Source of the DNA: a virus
Direction: 5' to 3' (one strand)
DNA length: 64,000 nucleotides
IMG/VR virus record: IMGVR_UViG_3300022928_000019
Span: 8,884-72,883 of that record
Under the pieces are notes generated by a model. That model was given only the letters and a program-made list of their open reading frames with translations, made no database searches and was not told the DNA's origin. This document shows, piece by piece, positions 26,534-35,849 of the stretch (positions within the stretch are counted from its first letter, which is position 1; each line of letters begins with the position of its first letter). A program made the position numbers and the translations under genes.

Positions 26534-27237
26534 GCTAACGCCATAGCGATAGCTTTGTTTTTCTTAGCACCATGTGGGTTGATCCACACAGACTTAGCGT
26601 TCTTGTTGTTGCCATCACACAGTCCACAATCCTTACACTCCTTGCCATGCGTATCGGATAGGCATTCGATTGTATCGATTGGGCGTACAGGTGAGACATG
26701 GAAGTATCTAAGACCAAGTGACTTTGCAGCCTTGCGAGAATCCTCCGTCTCAGTACTAGCCATAAAGTACTTACCATACTCAGTAGCTAGGGTAGGGGAC
26801 ATCATATGCCAATCATGGAAGTATCCTGTCCAACCGGCACAATGGTCAGTCACCATCTTAATCTTCTGCAAGGGAATGATACTAGGGTTACCATAAGCAC
26901 CGAACCTCACATACCGATTACGGAATGCTACCTTATATGCACCAAGGGCAAGGAAAGGATAGCTACCCTTATGGTATGACTTGTACACAGCCATAGGTGC
27001 TTGCCCTACATTGACATAGCACCCATTGCCATCAGCGAATGGGCATCCATTGCAGTTAGTCTTAGCATCTAGTCCTGTTGCAACAGACTCAACAGGATTG
27101 GTGAATCTATTTAAGATCCATATCTGAGCCATGTTACCTGTCTTAGCATTAGCTGACTTCCAAGTAACGATAGCTACATAGTCATCGTCCTCATAGATAC
27201 AATGCCCACCACTTGTGAATGAATTTTTTACATACAT
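26530..27237 (-). CDS. Cys-rich conserved phage protein (possible Fe-S/radical-SAM-like fold)
   Basis: SANAKTG.M, CNGCP...GCYV, VRFGAYGNP, WTGY.H.W, C..C.LC.G. Confidence 0.55.
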   Translation of the reverse strand: MYVKNSFTSGGHCIYEDDDYVAIVTWKSANAKTGNMAQIWILNRFTNPVESVATGLDAKTNCNGCPFADGNGCYVNVGQAPMAVYKSYHKGSYPFLALGAYKVAFRNRYVRFGAYGNPSIIPLQKIKMVTDHCAGWTGYFHDWHMMSPTLATEYGKYFMASTETEDSRKAAKSLGLRYFHVSPVRPIDTIECLSDTHGKECKDCGLCDGNNKNAKSVWINPHGAKKNKAIAMALA

Positions 27238-27241
27238 AATT

Positions 27242-27415
27242 CTAGTCCTCCTTTAGTTTAGTGTTAATGAAGTCATAGGTTATCCCATGCTTCTTTGCTT
27301 GGTTTACTGCTATTTGTGTAGCCCTCTCGTGTGCATCAGAGTCTGACTTCTTAGCTATGTAGCTGAAAGAATACACGAGTTGCTTGTCCTTGATAATTGA
27401 TACTTCGATAGTCAT
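27242..27415 (-). CDS. Hypothetical protein (57 aa, not in ORF track)
   Basis: Fills the gap, TGATG coupling. Confidence 0.45.
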   Translation of the reverse strand: MTIEVSIIKDKQLVYSFSYIAKKSDSDAHERATQIAVNQAKKHGITYDFINTKLKED

Positions 27416-27729
27416 CAGAACTCCGTATTTATAACTACTCCACCATCATAGCTAATGACTGTCGTATGATTACTTAAGATATCAATGATTTCATCATCAT
27501 CATACTCTTCATCTTCATCAAAGAGATGCTCGTAATCATTTTGCAGATCACCTATCGAATTGTAGTCAGAGTATTGGCAATCAAGTGCCACTACATCTAA
27601 CTCATAGTTAGGGTCTACGTCCTCGAGGAAATCATATAGAGCCTCGAGTCCTCTTAGAGACCAAGAGCTTCCCCTTGCTCGCTGATCGAATGCGTTAACG
27701 AATAGTCCTTGTGTTATTGTTTGTATCAT
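27415..27729 (-). CDS. Small very acidic protein (possible DNA mimic)
   Basis: F..AF...R...WS..GLEALYDFLE....ELDVVAL.C.Y.DY; D/E-rich; AGGAGG RBS. Confidence 0.55.
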   Translation of the reverse strand: MIQTITQGLFVNAFDQRARGSSWSLRGLEALYDFLEDVDPNYELDVVALDCQYSDYNSIGDLQNDYEHLFDEDEEYDDDEIIDILSNHTTVISYDGGVVINTEF

Positions 27730-27744
27730 AATTATTTTCCTCCT

Positions 27745-28191
27745 TTATTTGTTGTGATAATGAATGCCCGCATGCCCTTTGGTGTAAGCCTTTGCATCTT
27801 CTAGTGAACTGAATCCACGATAGATGGATTCCACGCAGTCCTCTTCTCTGTCAGGGTAGTACTTGACTACATCGAATGTTCCATCCTCTTGGTCTGTTAC
27901 ATAGTAGTCACCTTCCCAAAGGTTAGGTCTTCTGAATCCGTAATGGTATGCTTGCACAGACCAATCACCATTCAGCCCACACTCTTGCCAAGCGAAGTAA
28001 TCAAAGATCCGATCAATCGAATCCATCAATCGATTATGGTGAGAGTATTCGGTTACCAACTCCATGCCCTTGACATGCTTGTCGTGCATGTAATCTTTAT
28101 GAATACACCCAAGTTCGATGAGCATAAGATTCTCATTTAACCCTTCGGCTAATGTCTCAGATATTGTCTCTATGTAGTATGTAGGATTCAT
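27745..28191 (-). CDS. Hypothetical protein
   Basis: 148 aa. Confidence 0.6.
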   Translation of the reverse strand: MNPTYYIETISETLAEGLNENLMLIELGCIHKDYMHDKHVKGMELVTEYSHHNRLMDSIDRIFDYFAWQECGLNGDWSVQAYHYGFRRPNLWEGDYYVTDQEDGTFDVVKYYPDREEDCVESIYRGFSSLEDAKAYTKGHAGIHYHNK

Positions 28192-28193
28192 AT

Positions 28194-28215
28194 GTTATTT
28201 ATTATTCTTGGTTAC
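28194..28215 (-). promoter_or_regulatory. 22-bp junction motif copy
   Basis: Minus strand GTAACCAA-GAATAA-TAAATAAC, 2 nt before ATG 28191. Confidence 0.65.
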
Positions 28216-28395
28216 TTTATGGTAGTACTCACGAGCATCCTCGTAGTTGAATGTATTGATAAGCCCACGCTTGGAATGGGTGACGATAGCTATTTGCCAA
28301 GGCTTAATGTTTGGATACTTGTGCTTGGCTATCTTGCCTAGGTAGTACACATAGTTATCCACCTTCTGATCCATTTGAGCATTAGTCTCAATCAT
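28195..28395 (-). CDS. Hypothetical protein
   Basis: 66 aa, coupled. Confidence 0.55.
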   Translation of the reverse strand: MIETNAQMDQKVDNYVYYLGKIAKHKYPNIKPWQIAIVTHSKRGLINTFNYEDAREYYHKVTKNNK

Positions 28396-29114
28396 GCTAC
28401 CACCTCCTTGTAGAAGGTGTAAAAGTCACCGATTGGTACTTTCATATTGAAGGCTTTGCCTCCACTCCCACTCCCCTTGCTATTAGCTCTACTAAACCAC
28501 TTGGTTACCTCGATATACTCACTGCCGATAGAGAACCACCACTCTCCATACTCAGCCCCTCGAGCATCAATAGCAGTGTAGACCCAACCTTCAGTATCTT
28601 TATTCCATGTTGCCCACTCTGGAAAGCGCTTGGCTACAAGCCCGAGCCTTTCCTCCATAAGCAATCGAACCTTTTCACCATGAAAATCTAGATGATTGGG
28701 GTGAAAGGAACTAGCTAAGTACTGAGGGTCACCGAAACAACTCTCACCATAAGCAATGAGGTTGTTGACCCACTTGAACAAGCCACACTCACCCTCGAGT
28801 ATGGCATCGTTGCCCATGATTAAGGCATCATCTAGTTTATCATCGGCATTGCGATCCTTGTGAGCCTCGAGTAGATGCTCATCATATGGAAAGCCAAACC
28901 AATGAGTGGCTTTATCCCCACAAGTAGTCCCAATGTAGTATTGGAACTCAACGATATAGTCATTGATAACATCCATGCACTCCTCGGCACTTAAGTCACG
29001 AGCTTGTGATGAACTGACATAGTCTAAGTGCCTAAGCATCTTGCGTGTAAGTTTGATAGCCTTGGTTTGCAAGGTCATCTTTGGGTAAGGTTTGTATTTG
29101 TATTCTTCAGTCAT
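28392..29114 (-). CDS. Hypothetical protein
   Basis: 240 aa, GGAGG RBS. Confidence 0.65.
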   Translation of the reverse strand: MTEEYKYKPYPKMTLQTKAIKLTRKMLRHLDYVSSSQARDLSAEECMDVINDYIVEFQYYIGTTCGDKATHWFGFPYDEHLLEAHKDRNADDKLDDALIMGNDAILEGECGLFKWVNNLIAYGESCFGDPQYLASSFHPNHLDFHGEKVRLLMEERLGLVAKRFPEWATWNKDTEGWVYTAIDARGAEYGEWWFSIGSEYIEVTKWFSRANSKGSGSGGKAFNMKVPIGDFYTFYKEVVA

Positions 29115-29123
29115 GTTACCTCC

Positions 29124-29894
29124 TTAGTTGAGTGTTAATTTCATTTGATTAGGGTGATCCCTAAAGACATAGAGCATGCGAGGCTCATCCTCGCAGTCGA
29201 AGTGTGCAGTAGCCTCGGCATCAGTGATGCGTGATATCTCCCATGATCCTTCGATGATTGACTCACCGACTGCTAGATCCCTAGCAATATCGATGACCCT
29301 ATCCTTGACATAGCATTCCCACATAGCTTTCTGAATCTCGGCAGATGATGGGTAGCAACCCTCGCTATGGTAGTACCCATTCTCATTGAGATAGAATGCA
29401 ATGTCATCCCAATCATCGAAGTCCTCACCGACATTGAAGTCATCATCGTACTCCAATTCAATCAGTTGAAGGAGATCCTCGTACTCACGCCTCGAGTGAT
29501 CTTCTTCATCTAGGCAAGGATAATTGGCTAGCGATGCTTCAATCTCCTCACCCATCTTGAATGCCTCCTTGTCATTGATATCTACAGATAGATACTCAAT
29601 CCACCCACATAACCAATGACCCACACGAGTAATGTCATAGGGTAGCTCGGCATCTTCAAACATCTGCACCGCACAATCCCAATTAGAATTGGTGAGCATA
29701 GATGAGTCACGATTCCTACCGAGTACACAATACAAGGTATCACTAGGCTTCTCGCCCATGTAGTTGCTCCAAGAATCGAAGGCACTTGGACTGCCTAGTT
29801 CATCAATTAGCTTAGGTAGGTTGGTAGAAGGAAAGCGCTTAGCAAGATAGGCATCAAGCTCAGCACCTTCAAGTTTGATATTATTTTCACTCAT
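29124..29894 (-). CDS. Conserved acidic phage protein
   Basis: RNRDS..L..SNW...RVGHW..GWIE...YPCLDEED.S.RE pattern. Confidence 0.65.
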   Translation of the reverse strand: MSENNIKLEGAELDAYLAKRFPSTNLPKLIDELGSPSAFDSWSNYMGEKPSDTLYCVLGRNRDSSMLTNSNWDCAVQMFEDAELPYDITRVGHWLCGWIEYLSVDINDKEAFKMGEEIEASLANYPCLDEEDHSRREYEDLLQLIELEYDDDFNVGEDFDDWDDIAFYLNENGYYHSEGCYPSSAEIQKAMWECYVKDRVIDIARDLAVGESIIEGSWEISRITDAEATAHFDCEDEPRMLYVFRDHPNQMKLTLN

Positions 29895-29897
29895 AAT

Positions 29898-29919
29898 GTT
29901 ATTTAGTATAATAGGTTAC
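29898..29919 (-). promoter_or_regulatory. 22-bp junction motif copy
   Basis: Minus strand GTAACCTA-TTATAC-TAAATAAC, 3 nt before ATG 29894. Confidence 0.7.
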
Positions 29920-30336
29920 GTTTAGTTGAAGTTTGGTAGGGTTATAGTCGCGGACATGGAACATTAGTTCATCACCAACTTTAACTCCATCCCATGGGGC
30001 ATCATCTTTATGTAAGAATCCCATACGCCCATGATCTAGATCAATCTGCCAACCATCACCCACATAGTCATACACCATCCCACGTACATCCTTACCAAGG
30101 ATTTCCTTGAGCTTGCGTGTATAATCCCATTCCCCTCGGTGATACCATATGTTGGTTTCGTATTGATACTTTACTCCGTTAGCTTCACATAACTCACGAG
30201 TATACTTCTCGGCATCTAACTTAACCTTGAAGTAAGGAGTCTTTACATAACACCTACCACTCCCATCATCTATGAAGATAGATCCGAAGTATCCTCTGTC
30301 TTCTCCATCCTCTAATTTTGTAAATAAATTTTCCAT
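29899..30336 (-). CDS. Hypothetical protein with S1/OB-fold-like C-terminus
   Basis: G.V.DYV..G..IDL..G..GFLH.......VKVGD.L...V.D. Confidence 0.55.
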   Translation of the reverse strand: MENLFTKLEDGEDRGYFGSIFIDDGSGRCYVKTPYFKVKLDAEKYTRELCEANGVKYQYETNIWYHRGEWDYTRKLKEILGKDVRGMVYDYVGDGWQIDLDHGRMGFLHKDDAPWDGVKVGDELMFHVRDYNPTKLQLNVTYYTK

Positions 30337-30358
30337 GTTATATAGATATATAGGTTAC
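30337..30358 (-). promoter_or_regulatory. 22-bp junction motif copy
   Basis: Minus strand GTAACCTA-TATATC-TATATAAC-ATG (0-nt gap). Confidence 0.7.
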
Positions 30359-30646
30359 TTTTAGATTATGCAGCACATTTCTAGTACTACCGCGATGATG
30401 CAGACTAGGAAGCCTCCACCTAAAACAATTTTGTCCATGGTACTACCCATGAACTGAGGGTCATTAGCATTCTTCATGTAAGACCCTCCTCACTTCAGCT
30501 TCATCGTTACGTTTGATTGCATCCACAACCATGCCATTTTCCATGGCAATATCGGGATCAATAAAGAACTCACCACATATGGCGAGGAATGTTAAGTAGT
30601 TCATAGTTATTTCCTTTCGTTGTTTGGTTAACGTTGAGTCGAATTT

Positions 30647-30690
30647 AAAAAGTAAAGCCCATGCCCAAGGAATAAGCCTCGGACATGGGC
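30647..30690 (-). terminator. Rho-independent terminator
   Basis: GCCCATGTCCGAGG-loop-CCTTGGGCATGGGC followed by TTTACTTTTT on the minus strand. Confidence 0.7.
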
Positions 30691-30699
30691 TGAAAGTTT

Positions 30700-30765
30700 A
30701 CGTCTAGGTGACGTAGTTTTAACGTAGTTATGACGTAGTTCACACGTAGTTCTAACGGATGAGCT
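30700..30765. repeat. 11-bp-period ACGTAGTTnnn tandem repeats (iteron-like)
   Basis: Four copies at 30711, 30722, 30733, 30744 plus two degenerate in-phase flanking copies. Confidence 0.75.
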
Positions 30766-31334
30766 ACATCGGGTTGCATTGCGATAAGTATGAACATCCT
30801 CTAGGGAATACATACTATACTGCTTCCATGTGTTGACTATTCTAACCCCTTCGCTCCATGACAGAGAGACCTAGTTTGTTCCGAGTAGTCATTGACAAAC
30901 TAAATCCGAGGCACGCCTCCTATCGATCAGATTACACACTCTTTCGCATACATGAATATCCTCACGGCTCCTTACACGCTTCGTCTGCTTCCACGACTCA
31001 CCCCGAACCACTTCGGTTGGCTACTCGCTTTGTGACTAGGCTACACATTCGCCTTGTATGGTACTTGCCTGCTCGAAATCGAACCGCTCACATGTGCATA
31101 GCTTTGTAAGAGCTAGAGCATGGTCTACGTCCGTAATCCCGAATTGACAGCCTCAGTTTTTCACCCTTGGCACAGGTACTTTTTTGAAATGGAAAAGCAG
31201 AAAACCATGAGAACTAAAAAACGAAGTTAGGCATTGATGCGTTGCACGTCTCACCGAGACACTAAGCACAATCTGTGCGTCTCACGCTAGCCTAGGTTAG
31301 GCTTAGTTTGCTAAGGTGGTTTATATATCATGGC

Positions 31335-31362
31335 TAGGTTAGGTTAGGTTAGGTTAGGTTAG
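31335..31362. repeat. (TAGGT)5 tandem repeat
   Basis: taggttaggttaggttaggttaggttag at the 3' end of the 31359 ORF. Confidence 0.85.
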
Positions 31363-31790
31363 AATTCTAAGCCCATTGCCTCGCGTTGCTCGGGGGTAAG
31401 GTTTGCTACAATTCTCTCGAGTTGATCTAGCCTTGTAGCTTGTTTATTAATCACGTCTTGCTTTGTGATCTTGGGCTTATTGATAGAGATATTTAGCTTA
31501 TTAGACGTCTCAGAGATCTTGTCAGTCACGCCGTCTTGCAAAGCTTTGTTTACCATTGCAATTGTAACCGCGTCTCGCATGGTTTTCTCACCGCTTAGAA
31601 CATTATGAACGGCTGCAGTTAAAGCTTTGCCTTTCAAGAGCGGATTTGCTTTGCGAAGGTTTGCTTTTATTTCTGAAGCGCTAGCACCTTGCTTGCCGAA
31701 TACAACTTCGTGTCGTATTACTTTGCCGTTTTTATTTAAGACTTCACGACGTGCTTGGGTATGGGATTGAATTAAGGATAGGTTGCTCAT
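31359..31790 (-). CDS. Hypothetical protein, first gene of the leftward arm
   Basis: 143 aa, basic. Confidence 0.6.
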   Translation of the reverse strand: MSNLSLIQSHTQARREVLNKNGKVIRHEVVFGKQGASASEIKANLRKANPLLKGKALTAAVHNVLSGEKTMRDAVTIAMVNKALQDGVTDKISETSNKLNISINKPKITKQDVINKQATRLDQLERIVANLTPEQREAMGLEF

Positions 31791-31887
31791 TGTTATTTTG
31801 ATATTTGATTGATTAATATTTGCGCCATAATTGACATACTATTTAATGCCATGCATACCCATTGATTATCAATGACTTATGGCATAA

Positions 31888-31915
31888 GTGTTACCTAATG
31901 ACCATTAGGTTACAA
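31888..31915. other. dif-like 11-6-11 palindromic site (wider-spaced variant of the junction motif)
   Basis: GTGTTACCTAA-TGACCA-TTAGGTTACAA at the divergence point. Confidence 0.45.
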
Positions 31916-32025
31916 AGGGGGGTGCCGGGGGGAAGCAACCTGGCGTCTTATACAATTATATACACCCTTTCTGAACTTTCTGGGATCTGATCCGATTCGG
32001 GTTTATAGGATTTGACCGAATGAAA

Positions 32026-32047
32026 GAAACCTAGTAAACTAAGTAAC
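32026..32047 (+). promoter_or_regulatory. 22-bp junction motif copy
   Basis: GAAACCTA-GTAAAC-TAAGTAAC upstream of ATG 32059. Confidence 0.6.
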
Positions 32048-32058
32048 AGCATTGATGA

Positions 32059-34350
32059 ATGAATCCAGCAATAGAACAGGCACGAGCTATAGCCAGGGCA
32101 GAGGCATCCAGAATTGCAGCACAGGCGAAGGCACAGCAGCAAGCAGCAAGCGATGCTGCTCGAGAAGCTGCACAAAGAGCAGCCAACGAGGCTGCTAGGC
32201 AGCAAGTAATAGAGGCATCAAGACAGGCAGCAATAGACCATGCAAAAAACCAAGCAGCAGAGCAAGCAAGACTACAGGCAGCAGAGGAAGCTAAGCGTAT
32301 TGCAACAGAGCAAGCTCAGCAAGAGGCAGCAAGGGTAGCTCAGCAGGAGGCAGATAAGAATATGGATTTTAATGCATCTGATCGTTTTAGGGACTTTAAC
32401 GATAATTATGGAAGTGATTATGGTTCATCATACAACTACACCGATACTTATTCGGCTCCCTCATACGACACATACACACCATCATTTGATACCTTTGATT
32501 ACCTAGATACGATAAACACTTATGATGCCTTTGATACTGCATCAAACTATGCAAATTCAGTAGCATTAGATAACTACAACTACTCGGATAATGTAAGTGA
32601 CTTTCTAGACACATACGATTCGGACTACTTTGACCCCAACACATATATTGATTTAAGCACAGACGCCATCGATACTGACTTTAGTCAATCAATCATAGAC
32701 AATTCATACGGAGGTGATTTTGATGCAGGTCTAGATATCGGGCAGACCTTCGATTATCTTGACGGAGTAGATATTAATTCTGACGACTTTAGTAATTACG
32801 ATGCATCTACTCAGTTTGCAGCACAAGATGTTAGCACATTCGATGAAAAAGAATTAGATATTCTTAAGAGTGTTGGAGCGATTGAAATTAATGAAGATGG
32901 TGCAGTAACTGACTTTGATTCACAGAATGCCCTTAGGCAGATTGAGGATCAGTTAATTGAGTATAGAGGGGATCTTTCAGATGAAGAAATTACTAATCTG
33001 ACTAGTTTAAGAAATGAAATTCTTGCTGCTGAAGATTTAGGCTTGGATGCATTTAGCATTGATATAGCAGATCAGCCATCATCTGCGCTCGCAGGTGAGG
33101 GCGGCTCGGTCGGTCTAGTAGGCACTGATTTCAGCAATAAGTTCTTGTTCTCTGGTGATCCGGATTATGAAGAGAGTAAGCTAAACTCTCTCAGTGCTGG
33201 TTACATTAACGAAGGCAATGCTGCAAAGAATAGCCAGATATATGGCAATACAGGTGGCAAATTTAATATTTATGGTGAGCCAGTAGACATGAGGACTAAC
33301 CCTGCTTTACAGGGAATGAGTTTTCAGGCTACACCGAACGCAGCTGGATCGGTCATCCAGGGTGTAGACACATTCACTGATTATCTTCGTAACGGAGCCG
33401 GAATGCTCCTTAAGCCAGTTAATTGGCTTTCTGATGGCATTGGAGGTGGCTTGGATGCCATAGGTGGTGCTTTGGGTAACAACCCCATAGGTAGAGGCTT
33501 CTCGAGCTTTGGTAACATCGTAGACAACACAGGTGATTATCTTTTTGGTAGTGGTGATCGAGATAGTTTATTAGGCACTGTTTTCAATGTACCCGATAAC
33601 CTTACCAAAACGGTTGCAGGTGGGCTTTCAGGGAATTGGGACGTTGCGAAGCAAGGATTAAAAGGATTGGTTGCTGCTCCCTTTGAATTAGCAGGTAATG
33701 CGATAAGCGTTCCTGTTGCGATTGCTAAAGATGTATTTGGGGTGGATGATATATCACTTAGTGTTGGTGGTGGTTCCGGAGGCGGTGGAGGCGGTGGGGG
33801 TCGCAGGATGCCTAGTCGTCAAGCTCCACAGAGAAAGAAGATAAGCAGGGTACTTGGCTCAGGAAACTCTAGGGAGGGCATCAGTTCAGTGAGCGGGTCT
33901 ACGGTAGGATATGCAGGCAATGAGTATGATATGTCTACTGCTAGTGGTCAAAAATCGCTCCTTAATGATTCTGACTTTCCCACACTTGCTGACGCTATTG
34001 CTCAAACTGGTGGCAGTAGTTTATTGTCCGATGATCAAATTAGGGGTCTCGTAGGTATGGGTAATTCTCCTGGTGCAGGGCCTAGCTCAGGTACTGCTGA
34101 TGACCCGATTGGATCTACTGATGTAGACAGAAGTTCTTTAGCCGAAAAATTTGAAGAAAAACAGGGTGGTGAAAAACCTAAGGTAAAGAAGACTGCCCAA
34201 GTCGAGAGCATAGAAAACATTATAGACAAGTTAGCTAATGGATCTGTTAGAAAAACTAAAGCTGCTCCTGCATTACCTACTACTTCTACCGGGAGCGAAA
34301 ACTTGGATATATTTGACAATGATGCGCCTTTGATTGGTGAAAAGGATTAA
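32059..34350 (+). CDS. Large low-complexity protein (possible ejected virion protein)
   Basis: A/Q/E coiled-coil N-terminus, D/Y/S/T-rich tract, Gly-rich amphipathic middle. Confidence 0.6.
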   Translation: MNPAIEQARAIARAEASRIAAQAKAQQQAASDAAREAAQRAANEAARQQVIEASRQAAIDHAKNQAAEQARLQAAEEAKRIATEQAQQEAARVAQQEADKNMDFNASDRFRDFNDNYGSDYGSSYNYTDTYSAPSYDTYTPSFDTFDYLDTINTYDAFDTASNYANSVALDNYNYSDNVSDFLDTYDSDYFDPNTYIDLSTDAIDTDFSQSIIDNSYGGDFDAGLDIGQTFDYLDGVDINSDDFSNYDASTQFAAQDVSTFDEKELDILKSVGAIEINEDGAVTDFDSQNALRQIEDQLIEYRGDLSDEEITNLTSLRNEILAAEDLGLDAFSIDIADQPSSALAGEGGSVGLVGTDFSNKFLFSGDPDYEESKLNSLSAGYINEGNAAKNSQIYGNTGGKFNIYGEPVDMRTNPALQGMSFQATPNAAGSVIQGVDTFTDYLRNGAGMLLKPVNWLSDGIGGGLDAIGGALGNNPIGRGFSSFGNIVDNTGDYLFGSGDRDSLLGTVFNVPDNLTKTVAGGLSGNWDVAKQGLKGLVAAPFELAGNAISVPVAIAKDVFGVDDISLSVGGGSGGGGGGGGRRMPSRQAPQRKKISRVLGSGNSREGISSVSGSTVGYAGNEYDMSTASGQKSLLNDSDFPTLADAIAQTGGSSLLSDDQIRGLVGMGNSPGAGPSSGTADDPIGSTDVDRSSLAEKFEEKQGGEKPKVKKTAQVESIENIIDKLANGSVRKTKAAPALPTTSTGSENLDIFDNDAPLIGEKD

Positions 34351-34750
34351 GGAATTCTTAAGAGTTGTTAGGGAGGAGCGTGGGTCTATTAGCCTACCTT
34401 CTGCAATACTAGTTTTAGCAAGGCTTACTATAAAGCTGTTGCCTTATTGGTATCTTGCCAAAAAGCCCGAGAAGCTTGAATGGATGAGGAGGTACAAGGT
34501 ATGTTATAACTGCCCTGTATTCGATCCCGAACTTAAGAGGTGTAGACCTTACGGTAACTCAGAGCAAGGGTGTGGATGCTACACTCCTTTCTCGAACTTA
34601 GTTTATGATGAATGCTGGGGAAGAATTAACTACGGAAAAGCTATCGGGTGGTCAGTCCATGATCACGAGTCGTGGATTGTCCGTATTCGTAATGGACAGA
34701 GAGGTATCTCTCGAAGGGGATCAGTGGAGAAACGAGACTGGACTATTTGA
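34334..34750 (+). CDS. Cys-rich small phage protein
   Basis: R..VC.NCP......RC.....GCGC........ECW. Confidence 0.6.
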   Translation: MVKRIKEFLRVVREERGSISLPSAILVLARLTIKLLPYWYLAKKPEKLEWMRRYKVCYNCPVFDPELKRCRPYGNSEQGCGCYTPFSNLVYDECWGRINYGKAIGWSVHDHESWIVRIRNGQRGISRRGSVEKRDWTI

Positions 34751-34859
34751 TAGCCTAGAAGAGGCAGTAAAGGACTGCTTGAGGCTCGAGGTTGAGGCAA
34801 ATGCACCCGAAGACCTTAAGGGTTTATATGATGTTAGTATACAGTTAGACGCCAAGTGA
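34659..34859 (+). CDS. Hypothetical protein
   Basis: Coupled to the next ORF by GTGA overlap. Confidence 0.45.
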   Translation: MITSRGLSVFVMDREVSLEGDQWRNETGLFDSLEEAVKDCLRLEVEANAPEDLKGLYDVSIQLDAK

Positions 34860-35173
34860 AGGGTCTGAATGCTCCCGATTACATCAGGGAAATAAGAGCA
34901 GTAGAAGGGGAGGGGGAAGTTTATTTAAAGTACTACTCTGAACTCATGGGTTATCAAAATATCGGGCTTAGATTAAGCAAAACAGGCAAATTGCCAAATA
35001 TCCCTACAAAAGCCGACAATATGGCAGATGCTACGCTATTGTTAGAGGCATGGAACAAGTGGTTAAGAAAGGAATCCATACATTCATATGGCAGTCAGAA
35101 GAAACGCTCATCATCGCGGAAGTCAAAGGACAAAACTTCGACTGGAGAACCTTTTTTCACCTTTATGAGTTAG
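34856..35173 (+). CDS. Hypothetical protein
   Basis: 105 aa. Confidence 0.5.
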   Translation: MKGLNAPDYIREIRAVEGEGEVYLKYYSELMGYQNIGLRLSKTGKLPNIPTKADNMADATLLLEAWNKWLRKESIHSYGSQKKRSSSRKSKDKTSTGEPFFTFMS

Positions 35174-35237
35174 GACATGAATATGTCTTTGCTGTTATGC
35201 CACACCTTAGGAACTTCATAGATATACATGCAGAAGA

Positions 35238-35543
35238 ATGAAAAGAAACACTCCACTAAAAAGAAAAAAGCCGATGAGGAGGGTATCCAAGAAGAGGCAA
35301 GCAGAGTCCAAAGAATATTCGAGGAAACGCTCGAGCTTCCTAGCCACATTGCCATTATGCGAGGTCTGTGCAAAATCAAAAAGTACAGACATTCATCACC
35401 GAAAGGGAAGAGGCAAGTATTACCTAGATGAAGGTACTTGGCTTGCAACATGCCGAGGATGCCATGATCGGATTCACAGGAATCCGACTTGGGCTAGGGA
35501 AAAAGGCTTTATACTAGATCGATACGTCGATAAAAATCAATAA
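35238..35543 (+). CDS. HNH endonuclease
   Basis: CEVC...STDIHH.KGR....WLATCRGCHDRIH.NP.WA. Confidence 0.8.
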   Translation: MKRNTPLKRKKPMRRVSKKRQAESKEYSRKRSSFLATLPLCEVCAKSKSTDIHHRKGRGKYYLDEGTWLATCRGCHDRIHRNPTWAREKGFILDRYVDKNQ

Positions 35544-35585
35544 TGTAACCATGTATAGAATTATATGTTCACAGCTCATACATGT

Positions 35586-35786
35586 TCATAGCTCATTATC
35601 ATCTTCCTCTAGGGAAGTGCCTTTGAGCCTTCTGATATCTTCTGTTGCTTGAACGGCTTTTTGCCGAGCATCAGATTCGACATCGATACATAAGTTACGC
35701 CATTGCTCTAACGAGTGAATTCGATCCTGTACCGTCACCCCAAGGGTGTCGGGAGCATAATCCCCATATGTCAATGCATACGTCAT
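35586..35786 (-). CDS. Hypothetical protein
   Basis: 66 aa. Confidence 0.45.
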   Translation of the reverse strand: MTYALTYGDYAPDTLGVTVQDRIHSLEQWRNLCIDVESDARQKAVQATEDIRRLKGTSLEEDDNEL

Positions 35787-35827
35787 TTAGATAATTGGTT
35801 ATCAATACAATAACCAATTTACCTAAA

Positions 35828-35849
35828 GTAATCAAGATAAATAGGTTAC
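35828..35849 (-). promoter_or_regulatory. 22-bp junction motif copy
   Basis: Minus strand GTAACCTA-TTTATC-TTGATTAC, overlapping the stop of the LamG gene. Confidence 0.65.

Noticed and set aside
30700-30765. CRISPR array
   Set aside because: The repeat unit is 11 bp with no unique spacers; no cas operon. The Cas4-like gene sits in an ordinary phage recombination module.
31335-31362. Eukaryotic TTAGG telomere or contamination
   Set aside because: Only five units, embedded in continuous phage sequence.
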